A stretch of 64,000 nt of DNA from Mytilus trossulus (taxonomy: Eukaryota), in assembly GCF_036588685.1 (NCBI RefSeq), contig NC_086375.1:38130001-38194000 (forward strand), written 5' to 3'. Both the position numbers and the translations under genes were made by a program. Shown here piece by piece: positions 59,401-64,000 of this stretch (its first letter is position 1; each line of letters begins with the position of its first letter). The notes under the pieces are model-generated. The model saw only the letters and a program-made list of their open reading frames with translations, did no database searches and was not told the origin of the DNA.

Positions 59401-59922
59401 AAATATTGAATTCCCTTTCTTCAAAAGATTGCTTTCAAAGTTAACCATTTTATTGTATCTGCATTGGTTTTTGGTTGCTTTACGTCCAGCGGCAAATATG
59501 TCATGCATATTCAGGACGTTTTCTATCTTCATATTGATCTTGAACAAATTAAAAAAAAAGGTGCTATAAAATAATTTTCTAATAACAATGATGGCAATAA
59601 AAGTACAATTTGAATACATTTATCATGCATTTAAGAAATAACTTCATTGTTTTCTTTTCAGGTAACTGTAGATGAGGACAATTTACATGCAGTGATGGCT
59701 GATTTAGGAAAAAGAAGAAGCCATATAGAGAATGTTGATAGTGAAGAAGATATCAAATTGGTACATGCTATCACACCTCTGTCAGAAACATTGGGTTTTT
59801 CTACTGTTTTAAGAAGCAATACCCATGGAATGGCAAACTTTACAATGGAGTTCTCACATTATGAAAAAATGTCAGAAATAGAACAACAAAAAGCAGTTGA
59901 TAAAGCTCTTGGAATTTTTTAA
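50407..59922 (+). CDS. GFM2: Ribosome-releasing factor 2, mitochondrial (EF-G2mt), 8 coding exons, 744 aa
   Basis: Exons 50407-50611, 53291-53419, 54120-54200, 55460-56253, 56810-57052, 58091-58445, 58871-59037, 59662-59922. All introns are GT-AG with consistent phases; total 2235 nt. Motifs: [111 protein letters not shown]. The basic, acid-free N-terminus fits a mitochondrial presequence. Domain IV resembles EF-G2mt rather than EF-G1. AATAAA overlaps the stop (59921-59926). Confidence 0.95.
50748..51919. mobile_element. MITE in GFM2 intron 1 hosting a nested foldback element
   Basis: TIR ATAGACCACTTTCGAGTTC / GAACTCGAAAGTTGTCTAT (1 mismatch). Confidence 0.7.
51084..51870. mobile_element. 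Kolobok-like foldback MITE, TTAA TSD
   Basis: TTAA|GGT...ACC|TTAA. Inverted arms >300 bp (ACAGTAAATGGGCTATGTC, TTCTACTCCATAGATTTT, GGGTCACCGACTTCGTT). Confidence 0.85.
53737..53840 (+). repeat. Dispersed repeat (AAAATTGAGAATGGAAATGGGGAATGTGT family); also ~61081-61235 (+) and ~29470-29600 (-)
   Basis: Three similar copies in the window. Confidence 0.75.
57365..57935. mobile_element. Kolobok-like MITE, TTAA TSD, GFM2 intron 5
   Basis: TTAA|GGGGGCTCGCAGGTATAAA ... TTTGTACCCGCGAGCCTCC|TTAA. Internal GGTCACCG motifs are shared with the 51084 element. Confidence 0.8.
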
Positions 59923-60009
59923 TAAATATTTTTTATTTAATGGAGTCTGTTTGAATGGCATTTTTTATGAAGGAGAGAAGTGTCCATTCTGTCACTTTTA
60001 ATTTGATGA

Positions 60010-60250
60010 TGATGATTGTTGATTTTAATGCAGCTTTCATTGCACTGTGCTAGATCTTAGTGGATTGTTTTTATAGTGGAGAATTTGAGAGAACCAGGAC
60101 CTTCCACAGGAAAACTTGCTATCCTAGTCGATTAAGATTGGGTTCAAATGCACCTGGTTGTAGACGGGCCCGAACTAACAACCCCAGTGATGACAGGCTA
60201 GCAATCACTGTAGAAAATAGATGAACTACTCAGACAACATGGACACTATG
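60010..60250 (-). mobile_element. Decayed tRNA-derived SINE-like element; another at ~6050-6310
   Basis: Short-repeat tail (GAT)n and a B-box-like reverse complement (CCGAACT / GGATCGAACC). Degenerate. Confidence 0.4.
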
Positions 60251-62456
60251 CTAATAAGAAAGCTAGTCTTTATATCAATACATTATTTACATTATTCTTT
60301 TTTGCAAGGTTGTTTTTCATTAAATCTTCCAATTTTAGTGACTAGTAGTTTATAACTATTGACCTGTTCTTTTATAGCACCTATAGAAGAAACTCAATTG
60401 AAAAAAATAGTTTTCTTTGAGAAAATGAAAATGAGGTCTAGGAATCTTGGTCAATTGACCTACATTAAACATGAAATTCTCATAGTGAAACCAGATTCTG
60501 ATATTGTTGACCTGTCATTAACTGATATGCCAATTATACATATCCAGAAAATCTTTCCTATAAATCACAGAAGCATAAAAATCTTATTGAGAAAGTATTT
60601 GAGTTTGAATTCTTCTTATTGAAAAAATATTCAATTTGAACCCATTACAACACATTGGGCGTCACATGTAAAGCAGGAACTCAGTCTTTAGTTTTTGTGT
60701 AATTTGTAAGTTTGTAAAGTGCTCAGTCCTTACATCCTTTTTATTTTTGACCATGGTATTGTCTGTTTTCATTGGACTTGTGATTTTTTAATGCCCCTTG
60801 ATATCTTCTTTTTTTCTTTCTTTACAAACATTTTCAAAACTTCATGTAGGGGAGATAATCATACTTTAATCCATCATTTAGCTGGACATTTTTAATTAAG
60901 GCAGATCAGTAGAGGTCCTTAGAACATTGCAAAAGTTTCACATTCACTACCTCAAAAGGAGATTTGCATATTGGGTTTCAATTGTAGATCTCAAGAACAT
61001 TTATTTTCAGTTCCTTCTTCAATCTTGTTAAACTGAGTCCCCACTGTAAGTAATACTTGTTGGCCATAAAACACAAAAGTAAAATTGAGAATGGAAACGG
61101 GGAATGTGTCGAAGAGACAACAACCTGACCAAAGAGCAGAAAACAGCCGAAGTCCACCAAAGGGTTTTCAACACAGTGTAAAAAAAAATAATCTGGAGGC
61201 AGTCTTCAGTTGGCCCCCTAAACAAAAGTGTTTACTAAATGGACACCTCACTAATCTCCGAAACACACAATTAAACCAAAATTTAAATGAAAATATAAAA
61301 CTAAAACCAGAGGTTCCCAACTTTGGGGACACATGGGTAGACAGTTTTGGGAGATCCCATCCTTCCATATACTTCTAGCCAATGTACTATCACATGGACA
61401 GTATTTTACAAGGAAATCTTCTTTTTCCTCTGGTTTCAATTGATTAGTTCAGAAGAAGATGATCTTTCTGCAAGTTTACCAGAGTCTAATGTAACACTAT
61501 ATCTATGCTAGTATTTTATCACAAATTTCAACATAGCTTATAAGTTTAAATAAGCTTAAGGTTAAATTCTTTTCCCCCGAAAATCTATAACATTTAGACC
61601 TGAGAATTTGAGATACTTCTAGATCTACTAATGATATCATACAAAAATCACTTTACTTTTTGGTTTCATAAAATCTCCTCTTGTGATTTCAAAATTTACA
61701 GGGAACAACTGTCATACCCAGTTATGACAGAAAAGTAGCAATAAAGTGTATTATACCAGGGGTACTTCATGTCCAAAGCAATTCTACCTTCTAAAATCCA
61801 ATGGAATAAAAATTTGAAATCAACAGATAACCTAAGGCAAGTGGTAGGAAACAGTTTTATCTACATTTTGAACATTTTCCATTTTATCTATTTTTAAGAT
61901 CATGGATATGACATCATACTGTAAAATATAAGCTATGACATCCTGTATCAGTGCAACATTGAACAACATCACTTTATCAATGATTAGCATTAGACATCAA
62001 TCATACAACCAAACAACTTTTCCAACTTTTTGTTGTTGACTTATAAAGCAGGCTTACCATCTACATGAAAATGCCTGTACCAAGTCAGGAATATGACAGT
62101 TGTTATCCATTGGTTTGATGTGTCTAAGCTTTTGATTTTGTCATTGGATTTATATAGACTCTCCTTTTTGAATTTTCCTCAGAGTTCAGTATTTTTGGTG
62201 ATTTTACTTGATATTTTTGCTTATAAGGTTGGTATCATAAACACAAAATTATCATTATACAATATGAATTATTGTAAAGAAAAAGGCAATCTTCTCAATA
62301 TTAATATAAACTTTTAATATTCTTTTATTATTCTATATAAATAGGTTCATGAATATGGCATGATACAATGGGGGAAAAAATTTGGGTACAAATTGGCATT
62401 ATCATGATTAAAAACATAAAAAAAATAAATAAAGATCTACAATATCATCTGTACAA

Positions 62457-63532
62457 TTATGTTGACTTTCCAAATGGTGGTCTTGTTTTCACATAATTAA
62501 GTCTATGATGTTCGCTGTTTTGTGTGAATTTAACACCATTTCCAAGCTTTATAGATTGGAAGAGATCAAAGCCATAAGATTCAATACGTTTAAGTTCACT
62601 GAAGTAAGTTCTGATTGTTCCCACCGGCAGACTCTTTGATATTCTGTGGAGATTGATGTCGATAATTAGCTGATGAAATCCCTGAAAAAAAGAAACATTT
62701 ATAAAACAGTACAGTCATAAATCTTTTTGTGGTTTAGTTTCATGAACTGGATAAATCAACCCCATTTTTTGGTTTTTGCAATTACAGTGGTTTCTAGTGA
62801 TTAGCTAAAATATTCAAAGTTCAGACATTGCCTTGCTTCAAGAAATTTATGTCAAAATTTTATGACAACATCTAGAGCTTTTGATTTTTTTCTGTATGCA
62901 GAATGAATATTGTCTTTCCTCCTGAATTCCCTAAAAGTAGCCCGACTATAATGATATTATTGCATTTTACTTTAAACTTATTAAAGTACTTCAGTATCTA
63001 TAAACTAACAAACATTTTTACCAAAATTTAATGGACAACATTTTTTCCATAATTCTCTCTTGATTATTTCATAGTAAAGGCCTTAACTCTGGAATTACAA
63101 ATGTGAAATACTTCTATTGAGAAGTCCAATTTTACCTCTGTTTAATGATCAAAGGTAATATTTTGAACAATTTATTTGTTTTATATTGTAAGGCTTACAT
63201 CACCTTGTAAAACCTCAAATCATCCTGTATTCTACAAAATCAAGGAGGATAACTGGGGAATGACTTAACTGTAATATGACCAAGGGGAACTTCAAAACAT
63301 TCTAAACTTCAATTAAGAATGACTAACTGCACTTTACTTAAGTTTCAACCCTATTCCTTTATTCCCCAATGTATAACTTACCTTTAGGACTCCAGAATTT
63401 AGCAATGGTGTAATGATGTCCCAAAACATGTCTGGCATGTTCAGATACAAAATGTTCTTGTTGTCGTACAATGTGTATTTGTCCAGTGCTTCTAACACTG
63501 TTGATCGTCCATGGGTAGACTGTTGTATGGTT
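62457..63532 (-). CDS. Last two coding exons (63532-63382, 62681-62457) of a divergent METTL24-like / FkbM-type methyltransferase-fold protein; 5' part not seen
   Basis: Acceptor cattgcag|, donor AAG|gtaagt and acceptor tttttttcag| are phase-consistent. Translation: ...ILYLNMPDMFWDIITPLLNSGVLK-GFHQLIIDINLH...YFSELKRIESYGFDLF...KST*. This resembles the METTL24 C-terminal pattern (ILKxDIExxEWxxLxxxLxSGxLxxVxQLxxExH...LxxLxxxGFxxF). Family assignment is by pattern recall. Confidence 0.6.
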
Positions 63533-64000
63533 CTGCAATGAAATGTGAAATGACAGATGTGAAAGGTAAAAGTCATTTCCTACACACTACTGTAAATTCA
63601 GAAATTAATTCGAGGTTTTTATTATTGCGAAAAATGCGACTGAGTTGTAAATGCAATAATTTAAATTCGCATATTGAAATATGAAAAATGAATTTAAGAG
63701 GATTATATACAAATATATCATGCTTACAAGGGGTATTTGCCAAAAATACCGGTTGAGAGGTACAAAGGAGTATGTTCGATAAGGTCCTAAAATGGCCCCC
63801 TTTTTTAGCGCAAATTTCAAATTCCGATTTATCGTCCAATATCAAAATAAATTATAGCTAATACATTGACTAGCTAGGATATAAACCATTTCGTTGAAAA
63901 ATTTACGTTTCTGCGTTTCGTTATGACGTCACAAGTTGTACTCATGTTGATTTTTCACGAAAAAATCAATGAAAATGGGTAAATTTCCATAGATAATTGA

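Noticed and set aside
60900-61800. Coding-looking minus-strand fragments (e.g. KPEEKEDFLVKYCPCDS...)
   Set aside because: Stops occur in the relevant frames, there is no consistent splice chain and no recognisable family. At best a decayed remnant.

Overview
AT-rich, intron-containing eukaryotic DNA. The dispersed repeat families look like those of a bivalve, most likely Mytilus (recognition, not proven). Four spliced genes were reconstructed by hand with GT-AG sites and consistent phases. (1) A short CCDC32-like gene (+, 33922-36876). (2) A complete aldose 1-epimerase/GALM (-, 37338-44617) whose extra first exon encodes an in-frame type II membrane anchor. (3) A complete mitochondrial EF-G2/GFM2 (+, 50407-59922, 744 aa) with non-canonical GTPase motifs ([13 protein letters not shown]). 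(4) The last two exons of a divergent METTL24-like gene (-, 62457-63532). The left half is gene-poor and dominated by a 9.2 kb nest of non-autonomous DNA transposons (17145-26306). A ~1 kb Harbinger-type host there carries a second Harbinger-type MITE, a KolobokP-like trimer of long direct repeats (LDRs), and a CCGG-targeted Ginger1-like tandem dimer. Foldback MITEs, Helentron-like elements, SINE-like repeats and minisatellites are scattered throughout. I found no transposase ORF, rRNA, tRNA or CRISPR array.
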